DNA of 64,000 nucleotides. It comes from Harriotta raleighana (lineage: Eukaryota). The notes beneath the pieces were generated by a model. That model saw nothing but the letters and a program-made list of their open reading frames with translations. It was not told the DNA's origin and searched no databases. The stretch spans positions 10,046,312 to 10,110,311 of the forward strand of contig JBNZDD010013729.1 of the NCBI GenBank assembly GCA_050575255.1. Direction: 5' to 3'. Positions 25,810 to 37,320 of this stretch are shown here, piece by piece. The number at the start of each line of letters is the position of its first letter. Within the stretch, counting starts at the first letter, position 1. The translations under genes were made by a program, and so were the position numbers.

Positions 25810-26237
25810 GTGTCAGTTTGGCTCAGCTGGAAGCACTCATGCCTCTGAGTTGAGTCACAAGGTTATGTGTTCAAGCCCAACATCAGGACATTGGATTCAC
25901 AGTCTGGACTGCAGTGCCAAAACATTGCTGTGTAATGCGTCGCATTTAAATGACAACTTAAACTGAGGTCAGGTCTGCCAATTCGGGTGGCCATTAAACA
26001 TTCCCTGGCACTATTTGTAAGAGAGGGGAGTTTCTCTCTTTGTGTCCTGGCCGACAATTACATAGGTAATACTAGTCACCCACCCCACGATTGTGAGCTC
26101 CTTGCTGTGCGCAAATTGGCTGCTGTAGATTGAGTAATACAAAGATTATTACATTTTACAGTGAATCCCGTGAAGTATTTTGAATGACCCACTGACGTGA
26201 AAGCTCCATATCAAAAGCAAGGATTATTATTATTATG
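25810..26237 (+). mobile_element. Near full-length old Deu-domain SINE
   Basis: tRNA-like head gtgtcagtttggctcagctgg, Deu core, cttgctgtgcgcaaattggctgc, then tail gcaaggattattattatt. Confidence 0.75.
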
Positions 26238-27021
26238 ATGATTCATGTCAGAATAGCTGAATACTATTGAGAAGCAATGCAATTTTCCTGGTATCTTCTA
26301 CAAAGCCACTGAGCATAGGAATCCAGAGCAGCTGTGTTTGCCTAACCAACCAACCAACAATGTATTCCTGTAATGCAGTTGAAACGGCATTTGATCTTAA
26401 AATGTTGGTACATAGGACTGACAACTTAATATTGTAAGCAAATGTTGAATCTTAACAACGCAATACTGTCAAGGAGGAACAGCAGAGAAAAGCAAACAGA
26501 AATACAAAGTTGAAAGTAGAATGTTTCTTTCCCCAAGTATCGCAAATACAACCACACATAATCTCACTCTCTCCCATCCCTCCTTCCTCTACGAAATTGT
26601 TGGGGGGAAAAGTCAAGCTCTTGTGATGAATCTCGATTGGGATATTTAGCTGCACACAATGCAATACCCTGTAAAAGAATGATTGTTTGGTGGCCTTCCC
26701 AACCGGGCACTTGTGATTACTTTCATCTCGTTTCGGTCATTTACTTTGTGACACTTTGCACCGCAGCAGTAGTAACTCTTTCTTCGGAAATGGTCTCAAA
26801 AATGGCAAATGAAGCAATTGGATTTTTGCTCTGGCTGTTTGATAAATGTACAAACTTAAGACATCTGATGACTTTTCACACCCACTGCCAGACTGAGCTA
26901 CTGCACAAGATGTAAAGATACGTCACTGCTTTCTAATTCTAACGGAAAAATGTGAGTGGGTATTTTAGATTTTCTCTCCCCCGCCCACACTGACTCATTG
27001 AAATCTAGGCATAAATAAAGG

Positions 27022-27235
27022 TAATAATCCTTGCATTTGATATAGTGCCTTTCGAATCAGGACGATGCCGCAAAAGATCTTCACAGAATTTAATGAAAAG
27101 TTTGGCGACTGTGTCTATTTGTAGAGATTGCTCATCCACAAAATACACACAGCCATATTACCTTACAGTAGAGCTTTGAGACATCTCAATGACGTGATAA
27201 GACGCTTCATCAAAGGCCAGATTGTTATTATAATA
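27022..27235. mobile_element. Two inverted tRNA-SINE 3' tails, (-) then (+)
   Basis: taataatccttgcatttgatatag...; ...gctttgagacatctcaatgacgtgataagacgcttcatcaaag. Confidence 0.65.
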
Positions 27236-27399
27236 TATCATTATTCCCTCGAGCTACCAAAATATACACCCAAATCTGCTGGCTGCTCGAAATGAAAAAG
27301 TAGCTAGATGGAATATGTTTGTTGATCTGAAAGAGAATTCAGGAGCAACTACTTCATGTAGAGAGAGGTGAGTCGATGGAACTCGCTACCCCTAGCAAT

Positions 27400-27575
27400 G
27401 GTTGAATCGGATCGTGCAGATGCTTTGAACAGGAAGTTAGACCTTTAATGAGGGAGAGGGGAATAGAAGTGTGTGGGAGGGAATAAGCAATGGGTGAAGA
27501 TTCATGCGAAGCATAAACAACAGCACGGACCGGTTGGGATGAATGGGGGTGTTTATGTGTTGTACCTTCTTGATA
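27400..27575 (+). mobile_element. Old CR1 3' end
   Basis: ggaagttagac...gcataaacaacagcacggaccggttgggatgaatgg...tgttgta. Confidence 0.6.
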
Positions 27576-27609
27576 AATCTTTGCAATTGTTTTCCAGCAA
27601 GGTTTGCCT

Positions 27610-27980
27610 AAATTGGTTAAAATGCTCGTCCCTGGGGTTGAGAAGGTAATGGGATGCAGTGCGCACACCAAAACCAAGACGTAATCTGACATTGTGCGTC
27701 GGTGTGGTGCTGCATTGTCAGGGATGGTTTAGCTAATGTCCCACCTGTGGGTTAAGTGAATCCCACGGCACTATTTAATAGAGGAGCGAGCATCTGGTCA
27801 ACGGTACACCTTCATCCAAATTCAAAAACCGCCTCCCAAAAAATAATTAGCTCTGGCCATTAATTTCATGGCTGCCACAGATTAGCTACTGGAATGCCTG
27901 CATAATAATCCTTACACTTCAAAGGTGCACATAAATATCACGATAAGGAACCATATTAAATGCAAGCGCTATTATTTATT
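27610..27980 (+). mobile_element. Highly degenerate Deu-domain SINE
   Basis: gtgctgcattgtca...atcccacggcactattt..gaggagc...tail aaatgcaag. Confidence 0.45.
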
Positions 27981-28973
27981 TAACCTCCCACTTCGAGTTA
28001 AGTACAGCGAGGGGTTTTGCAATGATCTCCAGTCAATGGTAGCAGTGAGAGGTAATTACCCCTTTGTTGCATTTTTTTAATGTCCTGTGTAGGACCAACA
28101 ACATTCAAAGCATGTGGTCTGGTTTACAATCTTGACTCTTGTCCAGATAAAATACACCCACAAGGATACAAACTCCGACTGCAGCACAGACAATCAATGG
28201 AAATCTGAATGTTGCCTAAATTAAAGCTGCAAAGTACTGGACAAATCAACATCGAAACTGTAACTCACTGGGCTTGAACTGAGGGATTCAGTCATTTTTC
28301 TACAGGCAATAATAGACAAGGCCCTTTTTAATTACTTTAAATCATCCTTCCTTCAAAGAGCACAGCATATGTTTGGCATTATTTTACTTACAGTACTTTG
28401 AACTATGATTTATCAATAATTCTCTCGTAGCCTCACTCTACTTAGGGCCTGAGGGCCTCGCCACGTGTGATCATTTTGAGAATGTTACAGCAAGTCATTG
28501 AAAATTTCTTGACCTTCACAAATCTACTTCAGTCACCATGGCAAAAATAAGATAAAAGTGCTCCCACAGGCCCCCAGCTTATTAGCACGAATCTTTATGC
28601 CATAAAGAATCGCAGGAAAATAAATTATATGGTTGCTGTAGATATACCCAGCAAGACGAATGTATTGAGATCACTATGTTTAACTTAACTATGAGTTCTG
28701 AGTGCCTAAACTGCAAATCGTGTCCATCACAACACAATATAAAACGAGTCTTTATCATAATTATTAAACAACAGAATCATTTATGATTTATAAAGACCTA
28801 GTACAGTATATTAAATTAATTAGATTAATTGTTTTCAATATTAAATATTTAATTTAATATTTTGCACAATTAAAAACAAGCTCAGGGTGATCTCAATTCC
28901 AGCAATATGTCATTGTCCTCAGCAAAACCCCAAATACCCCAAATTAAATTTGTCACTCACCCCATGGCTGTTT

Positions 28974-29033
28974 ACAACAACAACAAAATTACATCATAGA
29001 GCGCCTTTCACGTCGGGAGGACGTCCCAAGGCA
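28974..29033 (-). mobile_element. L2 LINE minimal 3' tail
   Basis: (aac)n aaattacatcatagagcgcctttcacgtcgggaggacgtcccaaggca. Confidence 0.75.
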
Positions 29034-29039
29034 TTTATG

Positions 29040-29258
29040 GGCTGTTGCTGACTGCAAATGGCTGCCACATTTAGCCCACAAAACAAACAGTAAATCCAAT
29101 TGACAGCATATTCTATGAACAACAACAACAACAAAATGACATTTGTAGAGCACCTTTCACGTCAGAAGGACGTCCCAAGGCACTGAAATCTGAAACGTAT
29201 TGAGACATCTTGACGACGTGATGAGGTACTATACCACATGCAAGGATTATTATTATTG
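29040..29258 (+). mobile_element. tRNA-SINE 3' part interrupted by an antisense L2 tail (29118-29190)
   Basis: SINE reads ...atattctatgaa | L2 tail (-) | tgaaacgtattgagacatc...gcaaggattattatt. Confidence 0.7.
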
Positions 29259-30914
29259 TCAACAAACAAGTTTGACTGGAATTAAGGAGCAAGCATTATT
29301 ACAATATTAATAGCAACATTAATTAATTTAATTAGTAGCACAAACATCTTTGAAGCAGTTTATTGGTGAAGGATGATGCCTCAACACAAACTATTGTGGC
29401 ATGATTTTTTTCCTTTTAGTTGAAAAGATGTTTTATTAATAATAGCATTGGGAGATGACTGAAGCAGATGGAATGATTCTATATGAGCAGATGAACTAGT
29501 TGTGTGTGATCACAGCACCAAGTGACTTCACAGCGCAGTTGGCTTTCATCAGTTCTATGACTGTGTGTAAGGCTTCCAAACTCCCCCACAATCAACACCC
29601 TTCAACATGATTCCACGAATACACTTCCTTCATTATGTTGGGATTGGGTAAATCTACTGAGCTACTCATCAACAACAACAATGACAACAACTTGCCTTTT
29701 CCAGTTACCCCCCCATCCCATCCCAACCCGTTCCCCCACACATACCCAGAGTGGAATCCCAGAGTGCTTATCTTGGGTATTCTTGGAATTAAAGTCGTGT
29801 ACACATACATTTTCACATTGCCATTTGCCATAATTTTGCATTCGTACAGCATGTTCGATGTAGGACAATATCTCAGAGGGATTGACAAGAGAAGAAATCG
29901 GAAGGCAAACAGGCGCTGAGGAAACTGGGGTGGGGAGAGAACAGAGGGAGGTTATCATAGCTTCTTAATTTAGGGGGCACTGATGTGCAAAATGTCTAAC
30001 TGTATCCATGTTACAAATGGCACAAACACAGCTTCTGGTGGTTTGGAAGAAGGGCACAGCAACTGGGAGCTTTGGAGTTTCAAAAGCTCCCTACGCCTCC
30101 TTTGGCTTGAAATAGAGTTATAGTCTATAGCTTCCCACTGATGATGACTCCAGTGGTGTAGCCGAGAAACCACTGCAGCTCGTTCTTAATAGGGTTTCGA
30201 GCATACGGCTGCCGCAGCAGTTTTTAAACATTCTATTACAATGCAGGATTTGAATCCAGTGTCCTGCAAGCTCATCAAAAATCTTCAGCCGCCAAAGGGT
30301 GAGTGATGTGGGAGAGAGAACTGGATCAGAGGCTGACGGATTGTAGCAATGTGTCAAACAATGGAAATCGCTTTTGTTCGCACACGAGGAAAAGTGTGAT
30401 TGTTTAAAAACATTACCTTAATTGAAATGCTTGTGATACCTGTCATTTCCAAGGGATGCCGTGGGATGAATATATATACAGTATTTATACTTGTAAATCG
30501 GTCAAATGGATTGATTTAAGGCGCTATACAAACCTAATTTTGTTGTATTGTGACAATTATAAAATCCGTTCAGAAACAAAACATGCGACAGAGAAAAAGA
30601 CACCAGACAGTAGAATCATCCATATTTATGCAAGTTCGGTATTGCTGCGTGGAAAATACTAAAGGATTTACGTACATCTTGATCAGAGCATGAAATGTTG
30701 AGAATGGAATAAGATGTCCATGCATTCATTCAGCTGGCAAGTCATTCTTTTTCACTGACAAAGTGTAACCCCCATCTATCAGATAGTGCACCCAATCCAT
30801 TTAATCTGCCCAGGAAAAATTCTGCTTTGTGTCTTCCTGTCACTCAGCAATATCCCGCAGAAAGCCATCAAATGAATGACCAATTGTATCTAGGGGGAAC
30901 TGTAGGAAAAATGA

Positions 30915-31225
30915 CTTTCTCTTTCTGAATAGTATCATGGGACACTATTTAAAGTTCACCTGAACAGGCAGATAAGATCTGGGTGTGATACCTCACATGA
31001 AGGTTAACATGTCTGATAATGCTATGCCGGTGTGTATGCTATGGCTCCCAGTCATGATTTCAGTGTTGTAGCTACCCAACTGCCATAGCTTGTTCTTTAT
31101 AGAGGTTTACGCACAAAGCTGCTAAAATGGTGATTTTATATTGTGAGCATCAAGATGGGGCTTGAACACACAACGTTGAGGCTTGGGAAGCGAGAGTACT
31201 ACTGACTGAGATGGGCTGACAGACA
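30915..31225 (-). mobile_element. Old Deu-domain SINE (degenerate)
   Basis: atcatgggac...cacctgaacaggcaga; head gggcttgaacacacaac...gagagtactactgactgag. Confidence 0.5.
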
Positions 31226-31984
31226 CCGGAACTCTATAAGTATCTACCCAAGGTAAGATATTACCTTATTGTGGCATCTTCAGCCTTCACTACAATGGCT
31301 TCCTGTTACCATTTTAATTGATCAGAATCTGTTTGGGGGAATTTGCTGGGCAAAAGAAGACCAAGGACCATCTCGTTCGTCTTCCTGGCAGTCGCTTGAC
31401 TTTTTTCATGTCCCAAACTATACATTGTTGAATTAGTGATTTAATAAGCAATGTTCCAATATGTTTACTTGGGAATATCCACGGCAAAAATGTTAATTAC
31501 ATAATCCATCTGACGCCTATCTTATTTATTATTAAAATAAGATAATGCAGCAATACTGCCACTATATCCATAAACAGTTATACTGTTTGAACTTTGCTTA
31601 AACGTGTCTATTCGTTCCATGGTGCCTTTTGTTCTCTCAGTTCTCTCAAACAATGGTTTTCAAGTGAAACATTTTAATAGGATCCATTTTAATGGAATGC
31701 GCGATGCACTCAGAATATACCAAAATTTGGCTGTAGCATTTAACGTGGCTAAATTGTATCATCAATTGTAATAAGTATGCTTATTTATTTATTCATTGAG
31801 ATCGATCAATAGGCAAGGCAGCAGAACAGCTGACAATGTGCAGAACAGCATTCTTAAACAAGGTGTTTGAAATGTTATGTTTAATGTGAAGCAGCTGAAC
31901 TGGTATCATTTGAAGCGTTCAGTCGTTGAAATTTACAGCTCAGCTAGCTCATTCGGTTGAGCACCAGATTTGGGCCCAAAAGGT

Positions 31985-32022
31985 TGTGTATGTGTGTGTG
32001 TATGTGTGTATGTGTGTGTGTG
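31985..32022. repeat. (TG/TA)n microsatellite
   Basis: Direct reading. Confidence 0.8.
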
Positions 32023-33560
32023 AATCCCAATGGATTTGCTGAGGTGAATAAATGAGTACAAGTCTCAAGTTGATGGTTGACTGGTCTGTCTGGCTCATGA
32101 ATGAGATTTGAAAGTGTGGATATGTCCTTCATGCTGTGTAAAAGCTTGAACGGGGGTAAGGACAGCCACAGCTATATAAACGTTAAAAATGTATCAAAAA
32201 TGCTTTTGTAAGCTGAGTGCTTTGATATCGTTCATTACCCTAGATTCACTTTAATATTCTGTAAATGAAGAAAATCAACTGCTATCAAATAACCGACACG
32301 AAAGAGTGGGGCATAGTCATCGAACATCAAATTGATCAAAAGTAATTGGGAGTTTTGCGAGTCAAGAAACAGCTCTCATAGTTACCTACTTTCTATGACT
32401 GAAATTGTTGTTGCTGCCATTTGCAAGTACTCACTCTAGCAGCCAGCTGTGGTGGACGATCATTTTGAAAATGCTACTGGCATCTGTTGTGCACAGAGCT
32501 TGCTCGCGTAATCCATGTTTGAGTTGTCACAGCAGATGCTGATAAGAGTTTCTAAACAGTGGATCACTTGAAGAAGATAACTGAATTAGAAACTTCCGCG
32601 CAAGAAAGCATCAAAGGCGTTTCTGGAATAGTTCACTCGATGGAAGATGTTAAAGCTTAATGTTCCCTAAGATTCATTCCCAAACTGTATTCGCTCTGTT
32701 GGCCACTTTTTCCTCCATTGCTGCTGATTCTCTCTCCCTACCACAGGCCGCTACCCAAATATAAAAGCTCACGAGCCACAGAGATGTATTTTCTCTTTCC
32801 ATTCTGTCTCATGTGAATTCAGAAAAACCAGACCCATGTACATGACGAACATGAGCAATGGTTATAAGGATAAACACAGATAAGAGATGATCAAATTCTT
32901 GGAGGAGTTTAACTGCTGACATGATGAATAGGTCACGTCAAGGAGGAGATGTGTAATATAGAATGTCGGGCTCCACAGTTGTCCGCTGGTGTGATCACTC
33001 TATGAAATTGGGGGTGTTGGAGATGGACAGCAGTGAGGAGGCAAAGAGAGAGATTGCCTACATTCTTTGCACTGGACGTTAAGTGGTTTGGGAAGTGTGT
33101 GTGATTAAGCAGAATGCATATTTGCCTTGTCAGCTTGATTGGCTAGCTGGCCTTGTCCCATGGCATGTTTCCTTAGGCATTTGTTTTGGGGGGTGTGGAG
33201 GAGGAGGAAAAGATAAATAGCCACTGGAATACCAATCGACCTCCAGTGAGAAGGTAACTAGGGAAATCGGACGCGCAGACAAATAGTTATTGAAATAGGT
33301 GGATAACTATATTTTACCCACTGAACTACGCAACCAAAAATCGATGAAACGTGATAACAAGCTGATGCCTGCTTGCACTGCTAACAAAGAAGACCTTGGC
33401 ATGTGTGTGTGACAGACAAATACAACGGACTTGTCTTGCTAATCATGGAGTTATTTCCTTAAAAGGAAATGCACATTCGATCGCAAAGAGTTGGGACGCA
33501 ATTAAGGCATTCGCAAATGAATCCAAGCGCCTTCAATTTGAGAAATTAATTTGGGCACTA

Positions 33561-33868
33561 TGGATTCCTGTAGCTCAGTGGTTAGAGCACTCACTTTGCA
33601 AGCGAGAGATTTGGGTTCAATTCCAAGCAGGGCGAAACCTTGGGCAAGTTTCCTTACTCCACATGCCTGATAATAATCCCTCAAGAAAAAAATAAATAAG
33701 ATAATAATTTGGTCACTCAATCCATGGCTGTTTGTGGGACAATTGGCTGCAGCGTTTTGCCCATAAATTTACAGTCAATTCACTTTACAATATATTCTGT
33801 GAAGTGCTTTCATATATCTAGAAGATGTGATCGTGCGCTATCTCAAATGCAAGGGTTATTATTATATA
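33561..33868 (+). mobile_element. Full-length tRNA-derived SINE
   Basis: A-box tagctcagtgg, B-box ggttcaattcc, body and tail. Confidence 0.9.
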
Positions 33869-34208
33869 TTTGGGAAATAAAGCAAGATACTTAATTTAGT
33901 TTCCCCTTGTGTTTAAGTAGATTTGCAACATATACTTCCTAAAATGCATTAGAATTCCACAGTTTTAGTATAATTAAGTTATGTTCATGTCTAATTTTTT
34001 TTTAAAAGAGACATGTGCAAACAGATTTAAGATTGATCCAACATTCTGTCGAATTATTAATTTTGTAAAAGACCCATTTGTCACGTGTACTCTCAGAGGG
34101 GCATTTATCCACAAACACGCCCCATATAAAAGTGCCACGATCCTGCCAAACAATTCAGACTCGCTTGCATATCTCTCCTACCCTATCCACAAGGGAATTT
34201 ACCACTAC

Positions 34209-34422
34209 TGTCAGCCTGGCTCAATTGGTAGCACTCCATATCACCTATCACCTCCGTATTGGGAGATTGGGAGTTTAATCCCCACTTTCAACCCACATCA
34301 TTTATATTCCAAAACGGGCCAGCAGTCAACCTCAGATGGAAATGCCATCCTGTGTTGGAGTGTCAGCCTTGAGCACTTTGGGTCTCAGAGGTAAGAGGGC
34401 AAGCAACTGAGCCAAACTGATA
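34209..34422. mobile_element. Two old SINE heads in inverted orientation: (+) 34209-34290 and (-) 34320-34422
   Basis: tgtcagcctggctcaattggtagcactc...; ...ctcagaggtaagagggcaagcaactgagccaaactgatac. Confidence 0.55.
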
Positions 34423-35327
34423 CCTTACAGATGTCCTGCTATTACAAAAGGTGCTGTATTAAACGCAAGGATTAAAGAGAACTCCGAAGTCCCAATAGAT
34501 TCCTGGGTTGGTTGAGTGCTTCCCACAAAAGTTCCTATTCAGCTCCTCGTTTAGGAGGAGCTCTCGTGAAAGAGAGAGCGATTGGAGAGGGATGATGAAG
34601 AGCCTCATCTCTTTATTGCGATTTACCCTCCTTCCCTCCTTTTGTCAAACTGTACACGATTGCCATCAAAAGCTGACACTTTTAACAAGTGGTTTAGCTT
34701 CCATGGTAACCAGCGATTCCTACTCCATTTTGAGAAAGTGCATCCCTCAGAGAAATGGAGCAGTATTTTCAGAATCAAACCTCTCAGCAGATTAGAGTTT
34801 GGGTTTATTCCCAGGGAGGCTTGAATTAAGCAATATTCCCGACTCCTGAACAGTTTTTTTTTCACATGCTGCTTCTCGTCATTCATTTAGGGAATTGGCG
34901 GAGGAGACCTGATTTTGCACATCTTATAATATATGAAAAGCAAAGATGTGGATTTCGAAGGCAGTTTTTTTTTTGGTCCCCAAAGGAGTACATACATTCC
35001 AGAGAGTGAGTAGACAATTTTAAAATAAAATAACTCAGTTGGGAGATCCAAACTGTAGTACAGTATTCTGTTCTAACAGCTGGGTTTTTTTCAATGCATA
35101 AATGTAGTTATACAAGTTATGGTCTGCATATCTATGTGTGTAGGTAGCCCTTTACCATTTCCATACACAACCAACTTCTCTGGTTAATCTGAAATCACAA
35201 GACAAAAGAGGCAATTGCCATATTAGCTGGTCAAGTAGGGTAAGGCTACCCATTACAAGACCCCTCTTTGAATCACCTTTCCTCTTCCAACCCTCTTCAG
35301 CTCCCACCCCCAGCTCGGATGCCAAAC

Positions 35328-35452
35328 CAACAACAACTTGGTTTACTTAGTGCCCCTCACGCAAGACAGCATCCCAGAGCGCTTGACTGTCAACCAAGTT
35401 GGGGGATGTCCCACTGACATGAAAGACCCAATAGAAATGTTAATTTGTTGAT
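35328..35452. mobile_element. Pair of degenerate L2 tails, (-) then (+)
   Basis: caacaacaacttgg...catcccagagcgctt; gggatgtcccactgacatgaaag...aaatgttaatttgttg. Confidence 0.45.
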
Positions 35453-35524
35453 GTGGATTTGGGGCAGAGGCATCAGAAACCCAAATTCACCTAGATAGTG
35501 CGAACGTTCTAGTCCCTTTTTTTC

Positions 35525-35818
35525 CCTGACCCTTTCACGTCAGGAGGACGTCCCAAAGCACACACACATCTGCTGAGAGCTGTGCGGCAGATCCAAGGGC
35601 ACAATGACCAAAGCCAAGCGCAATCTCATCCTACCATTGATAACAAACAGGAGGGAGCAAGTTCCCTGGCGAATTACTTTCCTGTCACACTTCACATCCC
35701 AACAAGCGGAAGGAGGTCATTGACCAGAACTGGAATGTTTATTTGAGATTCTCCTGGTGTGTTGGCACAGTATAACACAACACCCCCACTGTACCTCACT
35801 TACTGAGCCAGCAGAGCA
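35525..35818 (-). mobile_element. Old SINE-like element ending in an L2-type tail
   Basis: Minus strand begins gctctgctggctcagtaagtg (A-box-like) and ends gctttgggacgtcctcctgacgtgaaaggg. Confidence 0.4.
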
Positions 35819-36964
35819 TTACTTTCTGATAAGACCTGGCACCCATGAATACGGTGTAGCTGGACACTCCTTTCCGAAAAAAATAGAGAAGCTAAAAATA
35901 CAACAACAGATTTTTACAGTGCCTTTTACAGCGTCGGGAGAAGGGCCCATGATAGGAAGCCGATGAATTATTTGAGTGATTTTTGTCCGGTTCGAGTACC
36001 AACTCCTGCCGAGGAGGGTGAAGGGAGATGGTTTACTCCCAAGTGCTTGCGCTGGCTTTTCTGAATCACCCGTCAGGGAAGTAGCCCTGTGATACAGCAC
36101 CTGGCCTCTCCACTCAGTTGCGTGCCCTCTTCACCACAGCTGAATTGGCAGGAGGTCCTGGGCACAAAGTCAAACCAAATCACTTTGTGTGGCGTCGCAC
36201 TTTAGACTTCCGACAACCCACTGCCCAATTTTGAGAACTAAACCTAGTGATGCACCATGGCAGGTGCGTGCGCCCTCACTCTCTACCTCAGTGTGGCTTT
36301 GATTAGGAATCTGCACCTTTCCTGTGGCTGGAGGAACATTTCCCACTGTCGTCAGCGGTAACCTCAACATGTGCCCAGCTAGTGCTCTGAAGCTGCTGTC
36401 GCAACATTACAAATGTAATCCGCTGTAGGAAGCAGTGCTCAGAGGGACAGTAAACCACTGTGATGACTACCTGAGGGCAGGTACTGTTTCCATCATCGTA
36501 GAAACTGTGAAAGCTGGTGTCAAAGGCACGCGGCTGCCTTTGCAAACCCTGATTCATTTCAATAATTGCTCCCCAAGTCATGGAATCCCAGGTGAAGACG
36601 TCTAATTTATGCCCTAGGGTTTTTCATTATACCCACATCACTGTGGATGGAACATAGAATAAATGACACCTTAAAAAAGCCAAGGAAGAGAGCACAGATC
36701 TTAATAACAATGATAAGAAGAGTTAATGCAAAAACTAGTTAGTTTAACACGTTTTCTCTAAGTGCCTTGAATCTATGATACATATTTATACAAATACAAT
36801 GAGAAATATAATTTCATTCCCAGGTGACACTCAAGGCATTTATCTCCGGAGGGATAATATGTGTATTAGGGATAAACAGAATGTTTTCAACGTGTGGGAA
36901 CTGTGAACTGACCTAGGTTAAACCCTTCTGGGGGACAGCATAGTTGCAGAATATAATATAATGG

Positions 36965-37320
36965 CAACAATAATAATAATAATCCTTACGTTTGATATAG
37001 TGCCTGATCACGTCTTCAAGATGTCTCAAAGTGCTTCAAGGAATATACTGTAAAGTAAATTGACTGTATACAATATTTTGTGGATGAATGTATTCACTCC
37101 ATAATGAACAAAACTCCTTGACTGTCAGTTCACGTGGTCTATGGTTACTGTTTGAAGAGAGAAGGAAGTTTCTTCTCATATCCAGGCCATCGTCCACCCA
37201 CAAATTGTCTGCCATGTCGCCCACAAATGCACAGTCATTACATTTAACACAAAATCTTGTGAAGCCCTTTGAGACATTCCAAGGATGTGATCTGACTCTA
37301 TTTCAAAACCATGGATTATT
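36965..37320. mobile_element. Inverted tRNA-SINE 3' halves: (-) 36965-37090 and (+) 37195-37320
   Basis: Family tail sequence present in both orientations. Confidence 0.7.
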
